From the NCBI GenBank assembly GCA_050115495.1, contig JASFQK010000002.1:96001-160000 (forward strand): a DNA stretch of 64,000 nt, given 5' to 3'. The number at the start of each line of letters is the position of its first letter. Position 1 is the stretch's first letter. The position numbers and the translations under genes are program-made. Positions 30,008 to 38,853 of the stretch are shown here, piece after piece. The DNA is from Phycisphaerae bacterium (lineage in GTDB: Bacteria; Planctomycetota; Phycisphaerae; UBA1845; Fen-1342). The notes beneath the pieces are model-generated. The model ran no database searches. It saw only the letters and a program-made list of their open reading frames with translations, and was not told the DNA's origin.

Positions 30008-30111
30008 TTCCCGGCTGACGTCTCGTCGGCCGCGTTAGAGTGGCTATAATGTTGTCCGGCCCGCGACAGGTGTCGCGGGCCGGACAGCGGCGGCTCTAGC
30101 GGGGCACGACA

Positions 30112-31362
30112 ATGCGCACGGAAGTCAAAGTCGGGCTGGTGTTGGCCCTGGTCATCATCGGGGGCGTCGTTTTCTTCCTGGTGCGGAACAGCGGCACCGG
30201 CGACACCGAGGCCGAGACCATCCCCTTCAACGTGAGAGGTGCACAGGCGACAACGCCGCCTGAGACTGATCGCACGGCCGCCGCCGATCCCCCGCGAACT
30301 GCGCAGCGACCGGCCAACACGCCCCGACAGTCGACCACGCCACCGGCGCGTACGACGCGCCAGCCGGCGCAGGAGACCACGCATCGACCGACGGTCACGC
30401 ATCTCACGCCTGAGCCCGCCGTGACGCCGCGCCACACGCCGGAGCTGCCACCGCTCGCTGGCCAGCGCTCGGAAACGCCTCCCGCGGAGCCCGTGCGCCC
30501 CGGGCCGACCAGCGCGCCGATCGCCGGCGCCGAGCGCCCCGAACCGGGCGCGTCCTCACAGCCGGTTGTGCCGGGTCTACCGACGCCCAGCACAACGGTG
30601 GTCGTGCCCCCGCGTCCGCCGGTGAACACGACGCCGACCGAGCCCGTCACCCCTGTGCGCGAGGCGCCCAAGCCACGGGCGACGCCGACGAAGTACACCG
30701 TCAAGGACGGCGACACGCTGTCCAGCATCGCCCGCGAGCTCTACAGCAACCCGAATCTGTACCCGCGGATCCAGGCCGTCAATCCGGGCATCGATCCCAA
30801 CGCCCTGAAGGTCGGCCAGGTGCTGAACCTGCCTGCGCCCGAGGGTGCTACGCCAGCGCCCGCGACGTCCACCCCGGCGGCGAGTCGCCCGACCCCCGCG
30901 CCGGAGACGTACGTCGTCCAGGACGGCGATACGCTCACCAGCATCGCCCGCGAGAAGCTCGGCGATGGTTCGCGCTGGCGGGAGATCTTCGAGCTCAACC
31001 GCGACAAACTCACCGATCCGGACAAGGTACGTGAGGGTATGCGGCTGAAGCTCCCCGCTCGTCAAGACCGTGAAGTAGCGTCGGCCCCCCGCGGCCGACG
31101 TCGAATGGTAGCGTCCGGGCTCCGTACCGGACGTCTTCGTGGCGCCGGCCCCCTGTGGCCGTCGTCGAATGCCGAACGACGCGCTCCCCCTCAGCCCCCC
31201 AACTGCGTCAGGACTTCCGTCCAGTTCGTGAACCGGATGGCTCGGTCGTCGATCCACACGTCGGCCACCGGCTTGCCCATGTGCAGCCCGTCGTACGCGA
31301 ACCCGTGGTCGTCCAGCCACTTGCGCGTCACGCGATACTCGGGCCAGTTCCGCGCCGTATAG
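30112..31362 (+). CDS. Membrane-anchored protein with two LysM domains
   Basis: N-terminal TM; YTVKDGDTLSSIA and YVVQDGDTLTSIA; the 3' end overlaps the convergent HAD gene and is uncertain. Confidence 0.85.
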   Translation: MRTEVKVGLVLALVIIGGVVFFLVRNSGTGDTEAETIPFNVRGAQATTPPETDRTAAADPPRTAQRPANTPRQSTTPPARTTRQPAQETTHRPTVTHLTPEPAVTPRHTPELPPLAGQRSETPPAEPVRPGPTSAPIAGAERPEPGASSQPVVPGLPTPSTTVVVPPRPPVNTTPTEPVTPVREAPKPRATPTKYTVKDGDTLSSIARELYSNPNLYPRIQAVNPGIDPNALKVGQVLNLPAPEGATPAPATSTPAASRPTPAPETYVVQDGDTLTSIAREKLGDGSRWREIFELNRDKLTDPDKVREGMRLKLPARQDREVASAPRGRRRMVASGLRTGRLRGAGPLWPSSNAERRAPPQPPNCVRTSVQFVNRMARSSIHTSATGLPMCSPSYANPWSSSHLRVTRYSGQFRAV

Positions 31363-31508
31363 ACCACAACCGTATGGCCGGCGTCGCGCAGTTTCTGCAG
31401 CGCCTCGCGGGCCCCCGCGATCGGCTCCGCCAGCGGCCGCTCGAACGTGCGCTCCTCCGTGCAGATCACCCCGTCCAGATCGACCATGATCGTTTTCGGC
31501 CGGTTCAT
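31191..31508 (-). CDS. Minimal capless HAD-family phosphatase
   Basis: DLDG motif I, YTAR motif II, GKP..DVWIDD motifs III/IV; GGAG SD. Confidence 0.85.
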   Translation of the reverse strand: MNRPKTIMVDLDGVICTEERTFERPLAEPIAGAREALQKLRDAGHTVVVYTARNWPEYRVTRKWLDDHGFAYDGLHMGKPVADVWIDDRAIRFTNWTEVLTQLGG

Positions 31509-31705
31509 GTCGCGTTCTCCTGGCGCTCGATCGGCGGACCCGCGCCGGTCCGCGGCGCTCAGTGTTGCCGCTGTCGGCAGAATTTGCCACCGCTCGCCGC
31601 GGCCCACCGGATCACCCCGGCGAAGCAGCGGTCGCAAGTTTTTATGGGGCAAGAGGTTATCAGAGCATCGCCAGATGCGGTTCCCCACTAAGGTTACCGT
31701 GACCG

Positions 31706-33043
31706 TTGGCCGAAAATGTCGTGAGGTGGCACACGCCAGACGACACGCCGTCGTCGGTGCGCCCGGAGCATTGGCCTGTGAAGCACGCAGACGCAACGCG
31801 GTGCCGACTACCTTCGGGTTCTCGGACGGAGCCAGGGCTCAAGCTCGACTGCCTCCATTACCGGGGGCATCGACCTTGTGCTGTGGGCGTGCAGGGCGTC
31901 TGTCCGGCCGAATGCCCCAAGTACGAGTCCATGTACCACCGCATCCTCGTTATCAAGCTCGGTGCGCTCGGTGACGTGATCCGGACGGCGGCCCTGCTGC
32001 CGGGGCTCAAGAGCGCCTGGCCGCGCTCACACATCACCTGGGTGACGCGCGAGGCCGGCGTACGCGTACTGACCAACCACCCCCTGATCGACCGGCTGCT
32101 GCCCTTCGACGCCGAGTCCATCTGCCACATCGAGTGCGAGCAGTTTGACCTCTGCCTCAGCCTCGACAAGGAGCCCGGGCCGGCCGCACTCGCCATGCGC
32201 GTGCACGCCGCCCTGCGCCGCGGCATCGGTCTCAGCCGGTTCGGCACGATCTTCCCGCTGAATCCCGAGTGCGTGCCTTACTTCCGCCTCGGTCTCAACG
32301 ACGATCTGAAGTTCCGCCAGAACGACAAGAGCTACCAGCAGCTCATCTACGAAGCCGTGCGCCTGCGCTACAGCGGGCAGCGCTATCGCCTCTACGTCGG
32401 CGGCGACCACCGCCGCCGGGCCCGCGAGCACTGGGCCGCCCTCGGTGTCCACGCCGACGAGACCGTCATCGGGCTCAACACCGGGGCGGGCACCGGTTTC
32501 GCCAACAAGACTTGGCCGCCGGAGAAGTTCGCCCGTCTGGCCGAGGTGCTCAGCCAGCGCCACGGCTGGCGCATCGCCTTGCTCGGTGGCCCCGGCGAGG
32601 TCGAGCAAAACCGCAACCTTGCCAAAGCCTGCCAGCAGCTCACCCTGCCCATGGACGGGCGGGACGTGCCGGCGGTGCTCAACGTGTGCGATCCGGTGTT
32701 GTGGGAAGGGCGCGTGCCGCTGGAGCTCGAATTCGCCGCCTTGCTCGAACGCTGCCGCGTGATTGTCACCGGCGACACGATGGGCATGCACATGGCCATC
32801 GCCGCCGACATCCCCTGCGTCGTGCTCTTCGGCCCGACGTGCTCGCAGGAGATCGACCTGTACGGCCGCGGCACGAAACTGTGCAGCACGATGCCGTGTT
32901 CGCCGTGCTACCTGCGGGTGTGCGACAAGTGCCCGAGCTGCATGGACGAGCTGCCGCTGGACGACGCCGTCGCCGCGGTGGAGAAGTGGGCTGGCGTCCC
33001 CGCCACCCGAGCGCCGATCGAACTCACCCTGGCGCCCGTCTAG
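31706..33043 (+). CDS. Glycosyltransferase family 9 (heptosyltransferase-like)
   Basis: IKLGALGDV, KTWPPEKF, TGDTMGMH, LFGPT; start uncertain. Confidence 0.88.
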   Translation: MAENVVRWHTPDDTPSSVRPEHWPVKHADATRCRLPSGSRTEPGLKLDCLHYRGHRPCAVGVQGVCPAECPKYESMYHRILVIKLGALGDVIRTAALLPGLKSAWPRSHITWVTREAGVRVLTNHPLIDRLLPFDAESICHIECEQFDLCLSLDKEPGPAALAMRVHAALRRGIGLSRFGTIFPLNPECVPYFRLGLNDDLKFRQNDKSYQQLIYEAVRLRYSGQRYRLYVGGDHRRRAREHWAALGVHADETVIGLNTGAGTGFANKTWPPEKFARLAEVLSQRHGWRIALLGGPGEVEQNRNLAKACQQLTLPMDGRDVPAVLNVCDPVLWEGRVPLELEFAALLERCRVIVTGDTMGMHMAIAADIPCVVLFGPTCSQEIDLYGRGTKLCSTMPCSPCYLRVCDKCPSCMDELPLDDAVAAVEKWAGVPATRAPIELTLAPV

Positions 33044-33061
33044 CAACCCGGTGACCCTGCG

Positions 33062-33568
33062 CTACTTCAGCGGCAGCTCTCCGGTTGCCAGACCGTACAC
33101 CAGCTTGAATGCCCATCCCCCGACCAGTAGGATGATGACCCCCATGCACAGCCGGTATGGTGTCACGATCATCGCCAGCCGCATTGGCCAGCGGTTGGTC
33201 AGCAGCATGTGCAAGCCGGTCAGTGTCGCCGCGATCGTGCCCAGGGCCAGGACAAAACCCGCAGGTTGGGCGAGAAACGCCCGCCAGAGCTGCCCCCGAA
33301 CGACGTAGGCGAACGCGGTGGTCATGCCGCAGGTGGGGCAGGGGTAATGCGTGACGAGCAGCCAGCCGCACGGCGACCCGCTCAATTGCTCGTGCGTGCC
33401 GTAGCCGCGTGGATCAGGTTTCAGCCAGAGGGCCAACCCCAGCACCGCCGCCCCGATCACGAACACCAGCGCGCCGATGGCGCGGGCGGCCCACGTTTTG
33501 GTCGTCTGCTCGACCGGCTCGGCGGCCGGCTCCGTTTCGGGGCTGTCGTCTTCCCGCCTCAACGTCAC
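33062..33568 (-). CDS. DUF2752-like membrane protein
   Basis: GYGTHEQL, PCPTCGMTTAF, three TM segments. Confidence 0.8.
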   Translation of the reverse strand: MTLRREDDSPETEPAAEPVEQTTKTWAARAIGALVFVIGAAVLGLALWLKPDPRGYGTHEQLSGSPCGWLLVTHYPCPTCGMTTAFAYVVRGQLWRAFLAQPAGFVLALGTIAATLTGLHMLLTNRWPMRLAMIVTPYRLCMGVIILLVGGWAFKLVYGLATGELPLK

Positions 33569-34038
33569 TTTCGCCGTGTTCGGCCGGCGGTGCGGACGCC
33601 GGCGGGCTCCTGCTTGCGCCGCGGTCGCCGCTCCGAGAGAATGCTGATGGCTCGATTCAGGTCAGACACGCGGAAGACACCGAGCGATTTGCCTCGCGGG
33701 GCGCCCGCCGTGCAGTACGCATAGTTGACGTTGACGTGCCCGACGGAGAGCCGCTCGACGACGTCCGCCAGCGCCCCCGGGCGGTTCGGCAACTCGGTCA
33801 CCAGCACCTGCGTTTCGGCCGTGGGTACGTCCAGCGCCCCCAGGCTGGCCCGCGCCTGCGACGCATCCTCGACCACCATACGCAGCACGCCGTGCTCCGT
33901 CGCGTCCATCATGCTCAGGGCGGCGATGTTGACCTTGTCGTCGGCGAGCCGCTGGCACACCCGGGCCAGAATCCCGGGCTTGTTCACCAGGAACACCGAG
34001 AACTGCGTGTCACTCTTCACCCCGTCGGTTTTCGGCAT
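33565..34038 (-). CDS. Tandem ACT domain protein
   Basis: QFSVFLVNKPGILA..VNI and LPNRPGALA..VNVNYAY. Confidence 0.88.
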   Translation of the reverse strand: MPKTDGVKSDTQFSVFLVNKPGILARVCQRLADDKVNIAALSMMDATEHGVLRMVVEDASQARASLGALDVPTAETQVLVTELPNRPGALADVVERLSVGHVNVNYAYCTAGAPRGKSLGVFRVSDLNRAISILSERRPRRKQEPAGVRTAGRTRRK

Positions 34039-34275
34039 TGTTTTGCTCCTGCCCAGAGAAGCCGGGGTCGTCGCCCCCGTGCCCGGGCCGTACGACCCAC
34101 CGTGCCCGCCAATCGCTCCAACCCGGAAAGCGCGTCGTTGATTCGCGGCAGGATGCCGGCATGCGTTGGCCACGGCCGGGCCGTGCCACTATGATCGCCT
34201 TGCCTGACATGAACCTCGGCCTCGCCGAGCGAACCGTCCCCGCCGGTCCTGACCGGAAACCCGAGACGATCCCGC

Positions 34276-36498
34276 ATGCCCACGCCCACCAGAACCTCGA
34301 CGGCCGCAACGTGGCGCAGAGCCATTCTTCAATATATCGCCGATCATCCCGACCGGCCACTGAAGACCCGGGCTCTGGCCCGTGAGTTGAACATCCCGAC
34401 TCCTGATTATAACGACTTCCACAGCCTCGTCCGCGACCTCGTCCGCGACGGCACGCTGCGCCTCGCCGGCGGCCGCGCCCTCGCCTTACCCGCCGACAGC
34501 GGGACCATCGTCGGCACCATTCACCTGCACCCGCGCGGGTTCGCTTTCCTCAGCGTGCCCGGCCAAGCCGACCTCTACATCCGCCGCGGCCACACCGGCG
34601 GCGCTCTCGACGGCGATACCGTATCCGCCAGCGTCGTTCGCCAGCGACGCGGTCGCCAGACCGTGACGCGTGCCGAGGTTCGGCGGATCATCACCCGCGC
34701 GCCGATCCGCTGGGTCGGTGTGCTCCAACGCGCCGGCCGGCGCTACGTTGTCCAGCCGCAGGGCCGCACGCCAACGCCACTCGTGCACATCGAGGATCCC
34801 ACGGCCAAGTCGGCCCGGCCGGGCGACCTGGTCGTCGTCGAGCCGCTTGAGCGCACGCTCGGCACGACGAACGTCCGCGGTGTCATCCTCGAGCGGCTCG
34901 GTCCGCCGGACGAGGCCCAGACGAAGATCCTCGGGATCATTCGTCGTTTCGGGTTGATGGAGGATTTCCCGGCGCCGGTGCGGCGTGCCGCTCAGCGTGC
35001 CGTCGCCGCTTTCGATCCGGAAGCGCCGGCCGGCCGAGAGGACCTGCGGCAGGCGCTGACCGTCACCGTCGACCCGGACGATGCTCGCGACTTCGACGAC
35101 GCCTTCTCGATTCGCACGCTCGACGATGGGCGTGTCGAGCTCGGCGTGCACATCGCCGACGTGGCCCACTTTGTCCGGACCGGCGGCCCGCTCGACGCGG
35201 AGGCGCTCCGTCGCGGTAACAGCGTCTACTTCCCCGGCCGCGTCGTGCCCATGCTTCCGGAGGTGCTCTCCAATGGCGTATGCAGCCTCCAGCCGGGCGA
35301 GCCTCGTCTGACGAAAAGCGCCTTCATTACTTATGATGCGCAGGCCCGCCCCGTCGCCACCCGGCTGGCGAACACCGTCATCCGTTCCGCCTGTCGCCTG
35401 ACCTACGACGAGGTGACAGCGATCCTCGAAGGGAAGCAGTCCACGCCGGCCCGTATCACGAAGCTCCTGTGCGAGGCCGAGGCACTGGCCCGGCGGATCC
35501 AGCAACGCCGACTCCGGCAGGGCATGATCGTTCTTTCGATGCCCGAGGTCGAGATTCGTCTCGGCAACGACGGTGAGGTCGCCGACGCTTACCCGGCGGA
35601 CCGCAGCTTCTCGCACACGATCATTGAGATGTTCATGGTCGAGGCCAACGAGGCGGTCTCTCGCTACCTGAAGGACGCCGGTCTTGCGCACCTCCGCCGA
35701 ATTCACCCGCCGCCCGAGCCATTGCCGGGCAAGTCGTTCCGACAGTTGGCGGGCGTGCTCGGCGACGACCTGCCGGCGACCATCGACCGGACCGCCATCC
35801 TGCGACTGCTCGACCGCGTCCGCGGCAAGCCCGAGGAGCCGGCGGTGCATACGCTGCTGCTGCAGTCCATGGCCCAGGCTTACTACGGCCCCGCGGACGA
35901 AGGCCACTTCGCCCTGGCCAGCGAGGATTACTGCCACTTCACGTCGCCGATTCGACGATACCCGGATCTGGTCAATCACCGTTTGCTGGATCACGCCTTG
36001 CGCGCCGGCCGACCGCGGGGTGGGCGGCGTCGAGCGCCGGTGCCGTTTACCGAGCTGGAGGAAATCGGCCGCCAGACGAGTTCAACCGAGCGTCAGGCGC
36101 AACAGGCGGAGCGCGAGGCGACGGCAGCGTTGTTGTTGGGGTTCATGGCGGACAAGGTGGGGCAGACGTTTGAGGGCGTCGTGACCGCGGTGGTCTCCGC
36201 CGGCGCGATCGTGCAGATCCAGCCGCATCTCGCAGAGGGGTTGGTGCCGGTGTCGGAGTTCGGCGACGATCGGTGGGAGCTCGACGAAGGGCGGGCGGCG
36301 TTCATCGGTCGGCGCACGCGCCGCGCGATCATGGTGGGTCAGTCGGTGCGCGTCATGGTCGCAGAGGTGGACGAGACGCGCCAGCAGATGCTGCTGGTTC
36401 CGGCGCGGGCGTCGGCGATGGGTCGCGACGTTCGGGCGTCCAGGAAGTCGCGACGCGGCCGCGGCCGGACCGTCTCGGGACGGAAGAAACGCACATAA
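34276..36498 (+). CDS. rnr: Ribonuclease R
   Basis: HPRGFAF, TVDPDDARDFDDA, HIADV, HFTSPIRRYPD; C-terminal S1 domain and basic tail. Confidence 0.93.
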   Translation: MPTPTRTSTAATWRRAILQYIADHPDRPLKTRALARELNIPTPDYNDFHSLVRDLVRDGTLRLAGGRALALPADSGTIVGTIHLHPRGFAFLSVPGQADLYIRRGHTGGALDGDTVSASVVRQRRGRQTVTRAEVRRIITRAPIRWVGVLQRAGRRYVVQPQGRTPTPLVHIEDPTAKSARPGDLVVVEPLERTLGTTNVRGVILERLGPPDEAQTKILGIIRRFGLMEDFPAPVRRAAQRAVAAFDPEAPAGREDLRQALTVTVDPDDARDFDDAFSIRTLDDGRVELGVHIADVAHFVRTGGPLDAEALRRGNSVYFPGRVVPMLPEVLSNGVCSLQPGEPRLTKSAFITYDAQARPVATRLANTVIRSACRLTYDEVTAILEGKQSTPARITKLLCEAEALARRIQQRRLRQGMIVLSMPEVEIRLGNDGEVADAYPADRSFSHTIIEMFMVEANEAVSRYLKDAGLAHLRRIHPPPEPLPGKSFRQLAGVLGDDLPATIDRTAILRLLDRVRGKPEEPAVHTLLLQSMAQAYYGPADEGHFALASEDYCHFTSPIRRYPDLVNHRLLDHALRAGRPRGGRRRAPVPFTELEEIGRQTSSTERQAQQAEREATAALLLGFMADKVGQTFEGVVTAVVSAGAIVQIQPHLAEGLVPVSEFGDDRWELDEGRAAFIGRRTRRAIMVGQSVRVMVAEVDETRQQMLLVPARASAMGRDVRASRKSRRGRGRTVSGRKKRT

Positions 36499-36540
36499 AA
36501 AAAGAGGGCACCAGGGGCCCTAAGGCGTCCCGGTGCTCTC
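36497..36540 (-). terminator. Intrinsic terminator oriented for a minus-strand transcript
   Basis: GAGAGCACC...GGTGCCCTC stem followed by a T run on the minus strand (AAAAAA on +). Confidence 0.7.
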
Positions 36541-36608
36541 CGGAGGGGAAAGAAGCCAGGTACTTCAGTGGACCGTTGCTGTAGCAAGGTCCGGTATTAT
36601 GTTATCCT
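36497..36608 (-). ncRNA. Candidate ~110-nt small RNA
   Basis: Bounded by a TTGACG-N16-TACATT promoter and the terminator; internal hairpin GGACCTTGCT/AGCAACGGTCC; no ATG/GTG-started ORF. Confidence 0.4.
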
Positions 36609-36613
36609 CCTTA

Positions 36614-36641
36614 AATGTAGCCACGAATCTCGATTCGTCAA
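36614..36641 (-). promoter_or_regulatory. sigma70-type promoter with a palindromic operator in the spacer
   Basis: TTGACG-N16-TACATT; ACGAATC-TC-GATTCGT at 36623-36638. Confidence 0.55.
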
Positions 36642-36876
36642 TAGGATCATGGCATAATCTTAAATATCTCGTCCAATAGCATCGGCCAGGATATGCGGGC
36701 CACTTTAGCAATAATTCCAAAAAGCCCGCGAAATCTCCACTTTGTCCGACTCCAGTCACGTTTTTCTCGGCACCTATTCTACGGCGGGGCCGGGTACGAG
36801 TTCACGTAACGTGCAGATCTCGACAAGCCGCTGCTACCGTGATCGCTCCCGAAGGCAGTTATCGACCCTAAGCCTG

Positions 36877-38232
36877 TCACTTTCCCACGCAGAAGCGGGC
36901 GAAAACACGGCCCAGTATTTCTTCCACTACCTCGGCGCCCTTAGGTCCGGTAAGTGTTTCAAGGGCCGAACGCAACTCCAGCGCGATGAGCTCGGGCTCC
37001 AGGTAGTTGACGTCTTTTGGGGTGATGAGCGCTCGCGCACGCTCGATTGCTCGGCCGCATTCTTGGATTTCCTCACCACCCGGCCCAAGACTGACGTCCA
37101 GCGGAGGAGTTATTGACAGGCGCCGGGCAATCGCGGTCTGAAGTGTCGGCAGACCGGCGCCGGTTGTAGCACAGATGGGCAGCGTTTCGCCGAGGTCGGC
37201 AAACGCCTGTGTCGCTGGGGCGGGGAGGTCTGTCTTGCTGGCGACGATGAGCCGCCGATCCGGGGCAGTGCGGGTCGCGGCCTGCGTTTCTCCGCTCGTC
37301 CACGGCTCGTTCTGAGCATGGACCCAGAGCACGAGGTCGGCCTGGTCGGCGGCGCGTTCGGCGGCGAGGTGCGCCGCCAGCTCCAGCTCGTCGGAACTCT
37401 GGCCGAGCCCCGCACAATCCTGGAGTACAACCGGCACACCCGATAACTCGATCTCCGCCGACAGCACGTCCCGCGTCGTGCCCAGGATCGGCGAGACGAT
37501 GGCCCGCTCGCCGCCCACGAGAGCGTTGAACAGCGTGCTCTTGCCGGCGTTGGGCAGGCCGACGAGGGCTACGTGCGGTTGGCCGAGGCGTGGCTGGATC
37601 GCCGACGGCATGCTGGCGAGCGTGGTGAGGAGCTCATCCAGCCGGCTCGCCAGCTCCGCAGGTTCTATCAGGCGAACGTCTTCCTCTTCCACGAAGTCGA
37701 TCCCGGCTTCGACCAGCGACAGCAGGTCGGCCAGGGCTTCCCGCACGTCGTCCAGCCTCCGCTCACGGCTGAGGGCGACCCCGCGGGCGGCCTGCCGGGA
37801 CGATGTGCCGGCGCCGGCGTGGATCGTGAGCAGCACGTCCTCGACCTGGGCGGCGTTGAGCTTGCCGGCCAGGTAGGCGCGGGCGGTGAACTCGCCGGGC
37901 AGGGCCCGCCGGGCACCGCGGTCGATCAGGTGGGCGGATAACTCGCGGAGCAGCGGCAGGGAGCCGACGGTGTGCAGCTCGATGAGGTCCTGGCCGGTGT
38001 AGCTGCGGGGCTGTCGGAACCAGAGGGCCGTTGCTGGCAGCGTGATCCCCGGGCTCAACGTTATCCGGCCGGTGGTCCAGGCGGGCGACGGGGGATCGGT
38101 CGGAGCGCTCAGACCGAGCGACGTGGCGTGGGCGAAGCTGTCCGGCCCGCTCAGGCGGACGATGCCGATCCGGCTGGGGAGCCAGCCGCTGGAGACGGCG
38201 ATGATGGTGTCGTCCAGAGCCGGGAACTGCAT
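36877..38232 (-). CDS. mnmE: tRNA modification GTPase MnmE (TrmE)
   Basis: DTIIAVSS, IVRLSG, PRSYTGQD, PGEFTARA, GLPNAGKSTL, GTTRD, FCVGK. Confidence 0.93.
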   Translation of the reverse strand: MQFPALDDTIIAVSSGWLPSRIGIVRLSGPDSFAHATSLGLSAPTDPPSPAWTTGRITLSPGITLPATALWFRQPRSYTGQDLIELHTVGSLPLLRELSAHLIDRGARRALPGEFTARAYLAGKLNAAQVEDVLLTIHAGAGTSSRQAARGVALSRERRLDDVREALADLLSLVEAGIDFVEEEDVRLIEPAELASRLDELLTTLASMPSAIQPRLGQPHVALVGLPNAGKSTLFNALVGGERAIVSPILGTTRDVLSAEIELSGVPVVLQDCAGLGQSSDELELAAHLAAERAADQADLVLWVHAQNEPWTSGETQAATRTAPDRRLIVASKTDLPAPATQAFADLGETLPICATTGAGLPTLQTAIARRLSITPPLDVSLGPGGEEIQECGRAIERARALITPKDVNYLEPELIALELRSALETLTGPKGAEVVEEILGRVFARFCVGK

Positions 38233-38249
38233 GTCAGCGGCCCTCCGCG

Positions 38250-38837
38250 TCAGGGAGCGGGGGCGGACGCCGGCTGGCTCGTCGTGGCGACGTCGGCGAA
38301 GTCGAGGCGGGCCACGCGCCAGTGGTCATCGCTGTCCTTCTGGCATTCGAGGCTGATGACGGCCGGCCCAGCGGGCGACGTCGCCGGTACACGCACGAAC
38401 GCATGCTCGGTGCTGCCGACCGGGGTCACCGTGCTGATGCTGTCCAGCTTAAGGCCGTCGGCGTAGAACCCGATGAGCGGTGCCCAGCCGGAGAGATACG
38501 TTGCCAGGTGCTGCTCGGGGTCCCTCGGCTTGATGTGGAAGGCGTCCTCGTACCGCCGAAGGATTGCGTTACTGGCGACCATCGACCGCAATCGCTTTCG
38601 GCAGAGCTTGACGGCGGCGTCATCGTGGCGGTGCAGGGCGGCCCGCTCGGCCAGCAGGCAGTTGAGCACGCTACGGGCGGCGTCCTGCGGCGTGGCCAGG
38701 TTGATGTCGATCGTCGGCGCGGAGGTGGTCGTCGCCGAGTTGGCTTCGGATTTCCCGCAGGCGGGGATCAGTGGCAGGCCGACGGTGGCCAGGACGACCA
38801 AGCCCAGCGGCAGTATTCGGGCGGAGCGCGCGGTCAT
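38250..38837 (-). CDS. Hypothetical lipoprotein
   Basis: Signal peptide ending in PAC; between metG and mnmE; GGAGG SD. Confidence 0.7.
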   Translation of the reverse strand: MTARSARILPLGLVVLATVGLPLIPACGKSEANSATTTSAPTIDINLATPQDAARSVLNCLLAERAALHRHDDAAVKLCRKRLRSMVASNAILRRYEDAFHIKPRDPEQHLATYLSGWAPLIGFYADGLKLDSISTVTPVGSTEHAFVRVPATSPAGPAVISLECQKDSDDHWRVARLDFADVATTSQPASAPAP

Positions 38838-38853
38838 TCGGAGAGCCTCCTCG

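Noticed and set aside
31191..31508. HAD gene as the missing sucrose/mannosylfructose-phosphate phosphatase
   Set aside because: Capless 105-aa type, unlike the capped SPP family; 12 kb away and next to a GT9 gene
36565..36759. 64-aa minus-strand ORF
   Set aside because: No clear SD, AT-rich codons atypical of this genome, and it spans a promoter/operator; not fully excluded
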